Positions 18,186 through 27,084 of a DNA stretch of 40,000 nucleotides are shown here, in pieces; within the stretch, counting starts at the first letter, position 1; the number at the start of each line of letters is the position of its first letter. Position numbers and translations under genes: made by a program. The notes beneath the pieces were generated by a model. It did no database searches, was not told the origin of the DNA, and worked only from the letters and a program-made list of their open reading frames with translations. The stretch is from Enterococcus phage vB_EfaS_159. The stretch is from the sequence record CAJDKF010000002.1. One strand, given 5' to 3'.

Positions 18186-18251
18186 TTGCTTTTAAATGGA
18201 TAATCACCCACATTGGTGACTGAAAAACGCTTAGAATCCTCCTATGAAGCA
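18181..18251 (+). repeat. copy A of an imperfect direct repeat flanking the lysis cassette
   Basis: TTTATTTGCNTTTNAATGGATAATCACC-N12-TGAAANNCGCTTAGAATNCTCCTATGAANCA shared with 19953-20023. Confidence 0.85.
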
Positions 18252-18330
18252 CACCATTTCCCCTATTTAAGTGATATACTATAGTAGTAGCTGAAAGGCG
18301 GTGATTATAATAAGATAGGGAGATGTAGGC

Positions 18331-18576
18331 ATGGAAGAAAAGGACTTTATGGAAATAAAAGTACAACTAGCTAGAATTGAATCAAACTTGGAAGGTATTC
18401 CAGACTTGAAAAATGAATTAAAGGCAAACAATAATTTATTGAGTGAAACACATCACCGTTCAATTCAAAATGAGAAAGACATTGCTAGTATAAATGACCG
18501 TTTAACTTGGCTAACACGCACAGTATCAGGGGCAATCATTGTTGCTGTTATTGGTGCTATTATAACTATATTATAA
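18331..18576 (+). CDS. XhlA-like hemolysin/holin-associated protein
   Basis: IKVQLARIESNLEGIPDLKNEL...NDRLTWLTRTVSGAIIVAVIGAIITIL. Confidence 0.8.
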   Translation: MEEKDFMEIKVQLARIESNLEGIPDLKNELKANNNLLSETHHRSIQNEKDIASINDRLTWLTRTVSGAIIVAVIGAIITIL

Positions 18577-18590
18577 GGAGAGTGTTAAAA

Positions 18591-18824
18591 ATGGATTGGA
18601 AAACACGTATCAAAAACAAAGCGTTCTGGATTGCTTTAATTCCAGCAGTAATTGTTCTGATTCAAGTTGTGGGAAACATTTTTGGATTAGACTTATCAAA
18701 CCTAACTGGTTTGAGCCAACAACTAATTGATGTTGTTAATGCGGTATTCGTTGTGTTAAGTATTTTAGGAGTAGTTATAGACCCAACCACGAAAGGTATT
18801 AAAGATAATAAGGAGGACAAATAA
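18591..18824 (+). CDS. phage holin (phi LC3 family-like)
   Basis: MDWKTRIKNKAFWIALIPAVIVLIQVVGNIFG...; SD aaggag at 18576-18581. Confidence 0.85.
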   Translation: MDWKTRIKNKAFWIALIPAVIVLIQVVGNIFGLDLSNLTGLSQQLIDVVNAVFVVLSILGVVIDPTTKGIKDNKEDK

Positions 18825-18826
18825 GT

Positions 18827-19924
18827 ATGAAGGTAAAAGGTATTTTATTTGGTGCATTAGCAACCATTGGTTTATTTGCTGGAATGCAAACAGCTAACGC
18901 ATATGAAGTTAATAACGAGTTCAATTTAAGTCCTTGGGAAGGTTCAGGACAGGTTGCAGTACCTAATAAGATTATCTTACATGAAACTGCTAATGAACGT
19001 GCCACAGGAAGAAATGAAGCAACGTACATGAAAAATAACTGGTTTAACGCACATACAACAGCTATCATTGGTGACGGTGGTATTGTTTATAAGATTGCAC
19101 CAGAAGGTAACATTTCATGGGGTGCTGGTAATGCAAACCCATACGCACCTATTCAAATTGAGTTGCAACATACGCATGATAAAGAGTTATTCAAAAAGAA
19201 CTATAAAGCATACATTGACTATACAAGGGACATGGGTAAAAAGTTTGGTATTCCTATGACACTTGACCAAGGTTCTTCTGTTTGGGAAAAAGGTGTTATC
19301 TCTCATAAATGGGTATCAGATTATGTATGGGGTGACCACACAGACCCATATGGTTACTTAGCAGAAATGGGAATCAGTAAAGCACAAGTTGCTAAAGACT
19401 TAGCCAATGGGGTATCTGGTGAATCAGTAAAACCAACACCAAGTAAACCAAAGACATTCAAAAAAGGTCAAAATGTTTACATTTATAACGGTCACAAGTC
19501 ACACAATGGACCAGTGGTACCATTCGTAGCTGGTGCAAGTCTTTGGACACAAGTTGGTACAATTACAGAAGTGAAACAAGGTGCAGTCAATCCTTACAAG
19601 ATTGAAAACAGTGGTAAATTTGTAACATATGCTAACGCTGGTGACTTAGAGGACCTTAACACTAAGTTCCCACCAAAACCAAGTAAACCAGTTAATCAGT
19701 TTACAATTGGTGTTGACGCTATTGTTTTACGTAGTGGACGACCAAGCGTATATGCGCCAGTATATGGAACATGGAAACAAGGTGCAGTATTCAAGTATGA
19801 TGAAATCACAGTTGGTGACGGTTATGTATGGATTGGTGGAACAGACACTAATGGTACACGTATTTACTTACCAATTGGACCAAATGACGGAGACCCCAAC
19901 AACACGTGGGGTACATTAGTATAA
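18827..19924 (+). CDS. endolysin: N-acetylmuramoyl-L-alanine amidase (Amidase_2 type) with signal peptide and C-terminal SH3b-like domain
   Basis: MKVKGILFGALATIGLFAGMQTANA signal peptide; IILHETANERA...NNWFNAHTTAIIGDGGIVY; C-terminal W..GTRIYLPIG. Confidence 0.9.
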   Translation: MKVKGILFGALATIGLFAGMQTANAYEVNNEFNLSPWEGSGQVAVPNKIILHETANERATGRNEATYMKNNWFNAHTTAIIGDGGIVYKIAPEGNISWGAGNANPYAPIQIELQHTHDKELFKKNYKAYIDYTRDMGKKFGIPMTLDQGSSVWEKGVISHKWVSDYVWGDHTDPYGYLAEMGISKAQVAKDLANGVSGESVKPTPSKPKTFKKGQNVYIYNGHKSHNGPVVPFVAGASLWTQVGTITEVKQGAVNPYKIENSGKFVTYANAGDLEDLNTKFPPKPSKPVNQFTIGVDAIVLRSGRPSVYAPVYGTWKQGAVFKYDEITVGDGYVWIGGTDTNGTRIYLPIGPNDGDPNNTWGTLV

Positions 19925-19929
19925 AACAA

Positions 19930-19955
19930 AAAGACACCCAATATTGGGTGTCTTT
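19930..19955. terminator. bidirectional intrinsic terminator between late and early blocks
   Basis: Perfect palindrome AAAGACACCCAATATTGGGTGTCTTT. Confidence 0.85.
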
Positions 19956-20023
19956 ATTTGCGTTTTAATGGATAATCACCTTACTTTTCATCTGAAACGC
20001 GCTTAGAATGCTCCTATGAAACA
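19953..20023 (+). repeat. copy B of the lysis-cassette-flanking imperfect repeat
   Basis: About 79% identical to 18181-18251 in an ungapped alignment. Confidence 0.85.
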
Positions 20024-20241
20024 ATGGTTTCCAAGATATTTGGTGCATATCCACCAATTACAATAGGTCCATCATTATTGAACACAACTGGTAAAGAACG
20101 AAACCCACATTCCATTAAAAATTCTAATGCTTCCAAATTTTCATCTACATTAATTTCTTTATAGTTAACACCTAACTCTTGTAGTTTTCGTTTTGTCATT
20201 TTGCAAGGCATGCAATTGTTTTTAGTATATACTGTAATCAT
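20014..20241 (-). CDS. glutaredoxin/NrdH-like protein
   Basis: ITVYTKNNCMPCKMTKRKLQELGVNYKEINVDE with CxxC. Confidence 0.9.
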   Translation of the reverse strand: MITVYTKNNCMPCKMTKRKLQELGVNYKEINVDENLEALEFLMECGFRSLPVVFNNDGPIVIGGYAPNILETIVS

Positions 20242-21078
20242 TTAATTAACTCCTTTATTAATAAATTCATTCACGTATTTGTGTTTCATTTGTTCATCTA
20301 ATATTTTAGAGCTATCACCTTTAATTAGAGCTAAAGCTTTGTTTGCGTGGTATTTATCGTTTATAGCATTATAACCTAATACTAGTTTACCTAGTAAATT
20401 GTCACTATATCTAATTGGTACATAGTCAATACCTTTATCATAGCTTGGGTATGGTTTTTCATTTAGTTTTACATGCACTTTTTTATCCAAGATGTAGATA
20501 TAGCGGTATGTTTTAACTTTGAACGCTCGTAGTTTACCATCTAATAAATCAGTATTATGGTTTAACATACTGCCAATATGTCTACCATCATTGAATAAAG
20601 CATTGTGTTTTACTTCTTTTGTTTCTACATTCTCATAGAATAATGTGGTAGTATTACCATAATATTTGAAGTTAGAAGCCTTGTAAATAGTACCACAGCC
20701 CAATCGTCCATCAGCAAATGATTGTACTAGTTTAATGTGTGGATAGTCTTTTCTTAATATTTTCCAACAAGCCCCCATTGTAATGGTTTCAGCGTTGTGT
20801 CCTAAATCATCACTTATCCATAAACGGTTAAGTTCAATAATTTCGTTCTTCTCAATATCCGCAATTGATTTGTAACTATTTGGGTTCATCATATGACCAA
20901 AGACTGCAACACCTAAAAGCTGGTTATCGCGAAACACTCCAATATTTATAACACCAAAAGCCGTACCCCATTTATGTGAATAGTGGTTTTTAATAACCAT
21001 ATCCTTGGCTTTTGCTTTATCAACCTCTTTGAACTCTAATACACCCATATGTTTTGTTTGTTTAGTAATTGTTGTCAT
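20242..21078 (-). CDS. Mom-like GNAT-fold DNA modification protein
   Basis: IKNHYSHKWGTAFGVINIGVFRDNQLLGVAVFGHMMNP, ELNRLWISDDLGHNAETITMGACWKILRKDYPHIKLVQSFADGRLGCGTIYKASNF resemble phage Mom-family proteins. Confidence 0.65.
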   Translation of the reverse strand: MTTITKQTKHMGVLEFKEVDKAKAKDMVIKNHYSHKWGTAFGVINIGVFRDNQLLGVAVFGHMMNPNSYKSIADIEKNEIIELNRLWISDDLGHNAETITMGACWKILRKDYPHIKLVQSFADGRLGCGTIYKASNFKYYGNTTTLFYENVETKEVKHNALFNDGRHIGSMLNHNTDLLDGKLRAFKVKTYRYIYILDKKVHVKLNEKPYPSYDKGIDYVPIRYSDNLLGKLVLGYNAINDKYHANKALALIKGDSSKILDEQMKHKYVNEFINKGVN

Positions 21079-21098
21079 TTAAATTCCTCCTAATACTT

Positions 21099-21136
21099 GA
21101 TAGGTAAAGTATAACACCTTACCTATCCTTTGTCAA
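21099..21136 (-). promoter_or_regulatory. early promoter (TTGACA-N17-TATACT) with inverted repeat GATAGGTAA/TTACCTATC around the -10
   Basis: -35 at 21131-21136 and -10 at 21108-21113 (reverse strand); arms 21099-21107 and 21119-21127. Confidence 0.8.
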
Positions 21137-21140
21137 CACT

Positions 21141-23432
21141 TTAATCAATATAATTTTTTACTTCAACTGGTTTGAATCCTTGTAATTCTCGTTCATGATG
21201 TGCTTGTTCAATACGTTCTTTCCAGTTCTCACCAAACCATAGTTCAAGCGTATCTTCTACTTGGTCAATATAGTATTGTTTGTCAACTTCATCAATTGTA
21301 ATACCTTCACCAATCGCTTCATTACTGATTGTGTAGTATTCTGGTGCGTTTGCCAGTCCTTTTGTATATGAAATGTTATCCTTAAATTCATCTGCTTCAA
21401 CATCTAATAATTGACCTTCTTTGACCTTAAACAATTCTACTGCATTAGTTTTGTCTTTTACTGCGAATACACGGTTAACCTTTTGTGCGTTGAACTCATT
21501 ACCTTCACTATCACGTGCAACTGTTCTATCAAAGGTCCAACCTGTTTTAGTAATAATTTGAAACTGTCTTAGTTCATTACATTCATTGATAAACTCTTTA
21601 TAATCTTTACCAGCTACCAGATAATTAATGAAGGCATTAGATACAATCGCTTTTGACACTTTCATGCCACCTGTTAAGCCAATAGCACCTTTTACCTTTA
21701 CTTTTCCATTTGGTTGTACTGCAATATAGTTATTTACATCTTTTTGCCAAATTTCACGGAACATGTCTTTATCTAGTGTAAGTCCAATCTTGTTAGCAAA
21801 TTCATCTAATGCTTCATCAATAGCTTTATCATCTGCTTCACTGTTTGGAATATATGCGTGTGCGTCCGTATTTGATTGAATGAACTGTGCTTTACCTTTA
21901 ATTAATTCATACATGTTTGTCATAATCAATTGACCAGTTGCACAAACTAAGAACTGGTTTCTTGGGTCATACAAACCATTAAACTGCGCACCAGTGGCAC
22001 CAAACTTAGTATTCAATGGTAACTTGATACCGTTAATCATTACATATGTTGGTACTTCTACACCTTTAATGTTTGCCACTTCTTCACCTGAATATTTAGC
22101 GTCCATACGTTGTTTTAGCAAGTCACCATAACGGTGAATCTTATCCTTTGGAATATTTCGTGATAGTAAGTTGAATTGTTCCATTGTGTTTGGATATAGT
22201 GAACCCCAGTCACGCATTGGGAACATTCCAATGTGAATATAACTAGCTTTAGCACCATGTACACCACCACTACCAAAAATCATTGTATATCCATCTTCGT
22301 CCGTGTACTCTAATGACACGTTCAATTTACCATCTTCATTTAGTTCAAACTCATGGTTCAAGTATGCTTCTGCGATTTCTTTTGTATTGATATTTAATCG
22401 TTTATCTAATTCTAATGGGTCTGTCAAGTCTGGTCTTACTTCTTGTTTAGTCGCACCAAGTAACTTAGCTGTTAAATTTGCATTGGTTTGCAATAGGTCT
22501 GTCTTATCCATGTCAAACATTAAAGCAATGGTTGCTTTAGCCAATAACATACCAATGTTTTGTTCAAAACGTTTTTCAGTTGCTAACACATCATTCATAC
22601 AGTATGCAACGTTTTTCTCCTTTTCTTCATCTGTCAACGGTCTATCCATGTCAAAATCTACTTCTGTTTCTTTAATGTTGATACCTAAGAACGCAGAATG
22701 CTCTTTTAAGCTAAAACCTTTGTTATCTTGATAGAGGTCCATTCCAAACAATGGGGTTTTATGACTATCAAACATCTTGTAAACTAGACCTCTATTATCT
22801 GATTCAATGATTGTTTTAGACATTTGATAAGCGTTTTTTCCTTGTAAATATCCACGCATTACATTGTTGTCATATGACGCATTATTATACCCAATGAACA
22901 TTGAATCACGGTATTCAAGGTAAAACTTGCGTAATTCTTCAAGGTCATTATTAATAATGAACCATTCTTTTGTAAAGTAATCACGGAATACAAATAAGCT
23001 ATCATGTTTAAAAATCTCAATATCAAATAATAAAATGGTTTGTTTTGTTAATACTTCACTAGGTTTAAATGGTATTTTATTACCTTTTGAAATACTTCTG
23101 ATTGGTTTGACTGTAGCAAAACCATTACTGAACTTCAAATCAATCAATAAACGGTCACCAACTTCAACATTTTTCCATTTATCCCAGTCATATTTGCGAA
23201 ACTTCATGATATAGCTTGTAACGTCCCTACCATCTTCTAATGAACGCATTTTAACTACCTTCATTTCTTTTCCTTTTGCTGATAACTTTTTGGTAGATTC
23301 AATGACAACCACATCATGTTGACCAGCTCGCATAGGGTCAAGACTTCGTGAATTACCTTTTAAATTGCTGAATACCTCCAATAATTTTTCAGCTAGTTCT
23401 GGTGCCTTTTTAAATTCTGCAATGTTCTTCAT
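21141..23432 (-). CDS. family B DNA polymerase with 3'-5' exonuclease domain
   Basis: Exonuclease-like LLFDIEIFKHD and YNNASYDNNVM; PolB motif A-like DWGSLYPNTM; motif B-like LNTKFGATGAQFNGLYDPR; motif C-like SNTDAHAY. Confidence 0.88.
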   Translation of the reverse strand: MKNIAEFKKAPELAEKLLEVFSNLKGNSRSLDPMRAGQHDVVVIESTKKLSAKGKEMKVVKMRSLEDGRDVTSYIMKFRKYDWDKWKNVEVGDRLLIDLKFSNGFATVKPIRSISKGNKIPFKPSEVLTKQTILLFDIEIFKHDSLFVFRDYFTKEWFIINNDLEELRKFYLEYRDSMFIGYNNASYDNNVMRGYLQGKNAYQMSKTIIESDNRGLVYKMFDSHKTPLFGMDLYQDNKGFSLKEHSAFLGINIKETEVDFDMDRPLTDEEKEKNVAYCMNDVLATEKRFEQNIGMLLAKATIALMFDMDKTDLLQTNANLTAKLLGATKQEVRPDLTDPLELDKRLNINTKEIAEAYLNHEFELNEDGKLNVSLEYTDEDGYTMIFGSGGVHGAKASYIHIGMFPMRDWGSLYPNTMEQFNLLSRNIPKDKIHRYGDLLKQRMDAKYSGEEVANIKGVEVPTYVMINGIKLPLNTKFGATGAQFNGLYDPRNQFLVCATGQLIMTNMYELIKGKAQFIQSNTDAHAYIPNSEADDKAIDEALDEFANKIGLTLDKDMFREIWQKDVNNYIAVQPNGKVKVKGAIGLTGGMKVSKAIVSNAFINYLVAGKDYKEFINECNELRQFQIITKTGWTFDRTVARDSEGNEFNAQKVNRVFAVKDKTNAVELFKVKEGQLLDVEADEFKDNISYTKGLANAPEYYTISNEAIGEGITIDEVDKQYYIDQVEDTLELWFGENWKERIEQAHHERELQGFKPVEVKNYID

Positions 23433-23467
23433 ATATTTAATTCCTCCAATTTGTTTATACTACTAGT

Positions 23468-24196
23468 TTAACGTACTTTAAACAATTTTTCAACTCTTTT
23501 TTTATTTTTTATATCTCCTTGACCACTTATTCCAACTTTAACATCTTTACTCCAGATGCATTCAAATTTATCTTCAGGTAATTCATATTCACTTATTAAT
23601 ACAGTGTTGTTTTTTGCTAACTCTATAGCCCATTTATCAAATTCTTCATATGGAAAACCACCAGTTGAATATGATAATGTTTTTCTATATGGTGGGTCTA
23701 AGTAGAATACGCAATTTTTATAATCAGAAGGGTTATAATCAGTAAATGACTTACATTCAAACTTAATCCCTTGAATATTTGGTGATTGCTTTTGTAAGTT
23801 TCGTATTGCTTCATTAGGGAGGTCACGTGGTGTGACTCCATCTGGTTTATATCCTCTAGCGTATCCGCCAAAATACTTAGCGCCAAATGTTGCACAAAAA
23901 CCAACTAAACCAACGTAATAATCACTGTATGCATTCTTGTTGTTTTTAACACTTAGATACTGTTCTTCTGTGATTGTAGATGGTAGGTTATCACTATAAT
24001 CTCTATTGAACTTGTGCAATGCTATTAATTCTTTGTGTAAATCACTACCTATTTTGTTATGATGCTCAATCTTGTCAATCATATTAGCACCGCCAACAAA
24101 TGGTTCAATATATGCTAGTGTTTCATCTGTGATATAACTTTGAATAATTGGTGCTAATTCCTTACTTAGTCTGTTTTTACTTCCTACATATTTCAT
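23468..24196 (-). CDS. D12-class (Dam-like) N6-adenine DNA methyltransferase
   Basis: MKYVGSKNRL, YIEPFVGGANM, VFYLDPPYRKT. Confidence 0.93.
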   Translation of the reverse strand: MKYVGSKNRLSKELAPIIQSYITDETLAYIEPFVGGANMIDKIEHHNKIGSDLHKELIALHKFNRDYSDNLPSTITEEQYLSVKNNKNAYSDYYVGLVGFCATFGAKYFGGYARGYKPDGVTPRDLPNEAIRNLQKQSPNIQGIKFECKSFTDYNPSDYKNCVFYLDPPYRKTLSYSTGGFPYEEFDKWAIELAKNNTVLISEYELPEDKFECIWSKDVKVGISGQGDIKNKKRVEKLFKVR

Positions 24197-24236
24197 TTCT
24201 TAATTCCTCCAATTTGTCAATAGTTTTTAAAATTAT

Positions 24237-24413
24237 TTATTTAGGTGTAAAATATTTAAATTTTTTAATTGCTTTATTAAGCCCTAGTTTTTTACTTACT
24301 TTTCCAACCCTCTTGCTATGAGTTCCATTTATTTTATATACCTCATAGTATTCAGCAGTATTCAATATCCAAAAATCTTTAATACTGTACACAATGTCTT
24401 TTGAGTTATACAT
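24237..24413 (-). CDS. small hypothetical protein (58 aa)
   Basis: MYNSKDIVYSIKDFWILNTAEYYEVYKINGTHSKRVGKVSKKLGLNKAIKKFKYFTPK; SD GGGAGG; not in the supplied ORF track. Confidence 0.6.
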   Translation of the reverse strand: MYNSKDIVYSIKDFWILNTAEYYEVYKINGTHSKRVGKVSKKLGLNKAIKKFKYFTPK

Positions 24414-24461
24414 GCGGTTACCTCCCTGTTTGATAAGTTTATTATATATGTTTATACTATT

Positions 24462-24490
24462 ATCTTACTTTATTAATGTGATTCTGTCAA
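24462..24490 (-). promoter_or_regulatory. early promoter TTGACA-N17-TAAGAT
   Basis: Reverse-strand boxes at 24485-24490 and 24462-24467. Confidence 0.65.
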
Positions 24491-24695
24491 GTGTTTTTGT
24501 TGCTAATTTCAACTCACGTTGTAAGAAACCTTCTGTACACCCATTAGAGAATCTACAGATAAGTTCTACACCATCTACTGGTTTAAATAGTTTAGCTAGT
24601 ATAACTACCTTATCACCTTTACTACCAATACCATTGTGATTGTCATTTTTAAGTTCTACGTATGCACCTATTTTAAAGTTGTTTTTCATTCTCAT
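24465..24695 (-). CDS. hypothetical protein
   Basis: Open frame in the early operon direction with an SD. Confidence 0.6.
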   Translation of the reverse strand: MRMKNNFKIGAYVELKNDNHNGIGSKGDKVVILAKLFKPVDGVELICRFSNGCTEGFLQRELKLATKTLDRITLIK

Positions 24696-24759
24696 TACCT
24701 CCTATATGTATATAATAACAAAACCCCTAACATAAGTCAAGGGTTTTGTTTGTTTATTT

Positions 24760-25467
24760 TTAGAATGGTAAATCATCAGCTGTAATGTCAATTGAGTGAT
24801 AAACTTCTTCAACTGGTTTTTGTTCTGGTTGGTCCTCTGGGTCAAGAGGTAATGCTTCTAACCAACCAACGTTGCTTGTTGGGTCTAATTGATTTTTATT
24901 AACTGTAACATCAACAACCATTCCAACCGCTTTTTCTGCTGTTTCCCAGTCCACACCTACATCTTCAAATAGTTCGTTGAATCGCGCTTTTGCTTTTCCA
25001 AGTTTAGCCATGTTAGGAATGAACATTTCTTTTTTAGCAACCCATACCCCTGTGTTGAAGTTGAATGCGTAGTGCTTACCTTTATGTTCAATAACTACTG
25101 AACGTCCTTTAGGTGAATCTTGAATTGCAACAATAGGTGCTTTCTTAATACGTTTTAAGCTAACTAGTGGTTTCTCAATTTTTATAAAACCTGAGCCTTC
25201 TGTGAAGTACGCTTTACCTGTTTGTTCATCAACGTATAACTCAATAGTATTATCTTCTTCAAATGAACCACCAGCAACTTCTAGTGCTTCATTATATTTT
25301 TTCATAGCTTCTTCTGAATCTTCCCATTCGCCAGCTTCTTTATTGAATTGTTGTTTGTACGCTACTGCATCAAACATTGCTGAATAATCTTCTTTTGCAA
25401 CTTGTAACTTAGTTGAAATTTCTGAATCCTCTACACTCACGATAACTAATTTTTGTAATTCTGACAT
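24760..25467 (-). CDS. putative ssDNA-binding-type protein with SSB-like acidic C-terminal tail DDLPF (start corrected from the ORF track)
   Basis: C-terminus HSIDITADDLPF; sits in the replication module. Confidence 0.6.
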   Translation of the reverse strand: MSELQKLVIVSVEDSEISTKLQVAKEDYSAMFDAVAYKQQFNKEAGEWEDSEEAMKKYNEALEVAGGSFEEDNTIELYVDEQTGKAYFTEGSGFIKIEKPLVSLKRIKKAPIVAIQDSPKGRSVVIEHKGKHYAFNFNTGVWVAKKEMFIPNMAKLGKAKARFNELFEDVGVDWETAEKAVGMVVDVTVNKNQLDPTSNVGWLEALPLDPEDQPEQKPVEEVYHSIDITADDLPF

Positions 25468-25545
25468 AATAAAGTTCCTCCAATAATTTGTTTTTATTTT
25501 TTTACTACTTAAATAGTATAACATACTTTCCCTAACTTGTGTACC

Positions 25546-25797
25546 TTATTTTCCTAAAATAATATAAAGTTTATTGAAATTAATAAAAATATTGATTGGG
25601 TCAATAGTACCTTCTTCATATACAACACCTTTAAGAGTATAGTCATCATAATTATTAACCACTGTAAACTCAATCAATCCAAAACGTACATTATCAATCA
25701 TAATATAACTCTCACCATATGTTGCTATTCCATTAATAAAGAGTACTTCTGTTTTACCTTCTAATGTGTGTAACTTCCATAATGGTAATTCAGCCAT
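25546..25797 (-). CDS. hypothetical protein
   Basis: Open frame with an upstream SD. Confidence 0.6.
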   Translation of the reverse strand: MAELPLWKLHTLEGKTEVLFINGIATYGESYIMIDNVRFGLIEFTVVNNYDDYTLKGVVYEEGTIDPINIFINFNKLYIILGK

Positions 25798-26103
25798 TTA
25801 AATTTCCTCCAATGTCATTGTGTTTGCGTTATAATCCACTTCAAGATTAAATCTCTCAATTGAATGTCCGCCTTTTGCTTCTTTTAAAATAATAGCCCTC
25901 ATAACGTGGAACTCATTTGTTTCATATTCTACTTCCATACTTTCAACATAAAACGTAGTACCATCAAAGTCAAATTCTGGGGCATTGTGTTTATTTCTGC
26001 GCTCTACCAGTTTTTTAAATGTGATACTTCCTTCTTTTAAATCCTTTGGAAAATACGTGCAACGCAATTCATCTTCTTTAATAATCATTTTAATTCCTCC
26101 CAT
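25798..26103 (-). CDS. hypothetical protein
   Basis: Open frame, tightly packed operon. Confidence 0.6.
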   Translation of the reverse strand: MGGIKMIIKEDELRCTYFPKDLKEGSITFKKLVERRNKHNAPEFDFDGTTFYVESMEVEYETNEFHVMRAIILKEAKGGHSIERFNLEVDYNANTMTLEEI

Positions 26104-26906
26104 TCAATACCTAATTTTTTAAGTTTGGCTAAATCTGATGTCTTAACCTTAATACAAGTATAACTCACTTCAACTGGTTTGTCAACAACTTTATCTTCAT
26201 TTCCTGTTAAAATTACAATTTCAGGAACTTTCGTTTCTCTTACTCGTTGTTGTTCAGCTTCCAGTCGTTCACGTTCTGACTTCATTTCTTTAAATTCTTC
26301 AATAGCTTCATTCATATTGAAACCATTTCTTGAATATGCAATAAGTATTGCCATGCGGTCATCTTTGTCTGTTACCTGTTCTTTCAAGTCTGAATAGTCT
26401 TGTTTAAACAGTTCAAAATACATCACAATTGCTTGTGTGATTGTTTTTTGTGAGGTTGCTTTATTAGTTACTAAACTTCTGTTTTTTGCAATGAACTTAT
26501 CAAAAGATAGCCATTGTGGCGCATTATATGAAGCTTGGTACTTATTGAAAAGTTCTTCAATTTGTAATGTACGTTCTTTTTGTTCTTGCTCGTTGAACGT
26601 TTTAATTTGTACATTAACATGTTCTATACCTTCCTTTAGTACATCTTTTAAAGTCTGAATCTTCTGGTTCAATTCATCATAAGGTGTCATTATTTCACTT
26701 TTAACTAGTTTACGTTGTGTGTCTAGCTCTCTAATTCGTTTATTGATTGTAGCTACTAGTTTTTTATTCTCTTTGATTGTTTCTTCTGTAACTTCTTGCT
26801 CTTTCATTTTATCAGCCAACTTCTGTGCGTCATTTAGTATTTTTTCATAGTCTGCAAATTCGATTGACTGAACACCATTGGTTTTAATTGCAATTTCAAA
26901 TTCCAT
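26085..26906 (-). CDS. DUF1351-like phage recombination/replication-associated coiled-coil protein
   Basis: Coiled-coil MEFEIAIKTNGVQSIEFADYEKILNDAQKLADKMKE... Confidence 0.6.
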   Translation of the reverse strand: MEFEIAIKTNGVQSIEFADYEKILNDAQKLADKMKEQEVTEETIKENKKLVATINKRIRELDTQRKLVKSEIMTPYDELNQKIQTLKDVLKEGIEHVNVQIKTFNEQEQKERTLQIEELFNKYQASYNAPQWLSFDKFIAKNRSLVTNKATSQKTITQAIVMYFELFKQDYSDLKEQVTDKDDRMAILIAYSRNGFNMNEAIEEFKEMKSERERLEAEQQRVRETKVPEIVILTGNEDKVVDKPVEVSYTCIKVKTSDLAKLKKLGIEWEELK

Positions 26907-27084
26907 TGCGTTCGTCCTCCGCTTTCAATCGTAGCCACTTAGCTTTGAAAATCTCGTTAAATGTGAACCCCATTTTAATTAGTTCCGTTCGTTCCTCTAA
27001 TGTGTTTAGTAGGTCATTTACAGTATACCCATAATCTAACATTAGTAACATTTTATAACTCATTTGTTCTTGCTTTTTTTCCAT
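26896..27084 (-). CDS. hypothetical small protein
   Basis: LLMLDYGYTVNDLLNTLEERTELIKMGFTFNEIFK; open frame in operon. Confidence 0.6.
   Translation of the reverse strand: MEKKQEQMSYKMLLMLDYGYTVNDLLNTLEERTELIKMGFTFNEIFKAKWLRLKAEDERNGI

Noticed and set aside
22303-22731. 142-aa + strand ORF inside the DNA polymerase gene
   Set aside because: Antisense to a confidently assigned PolB gene with matching motifs; shadow ORF.
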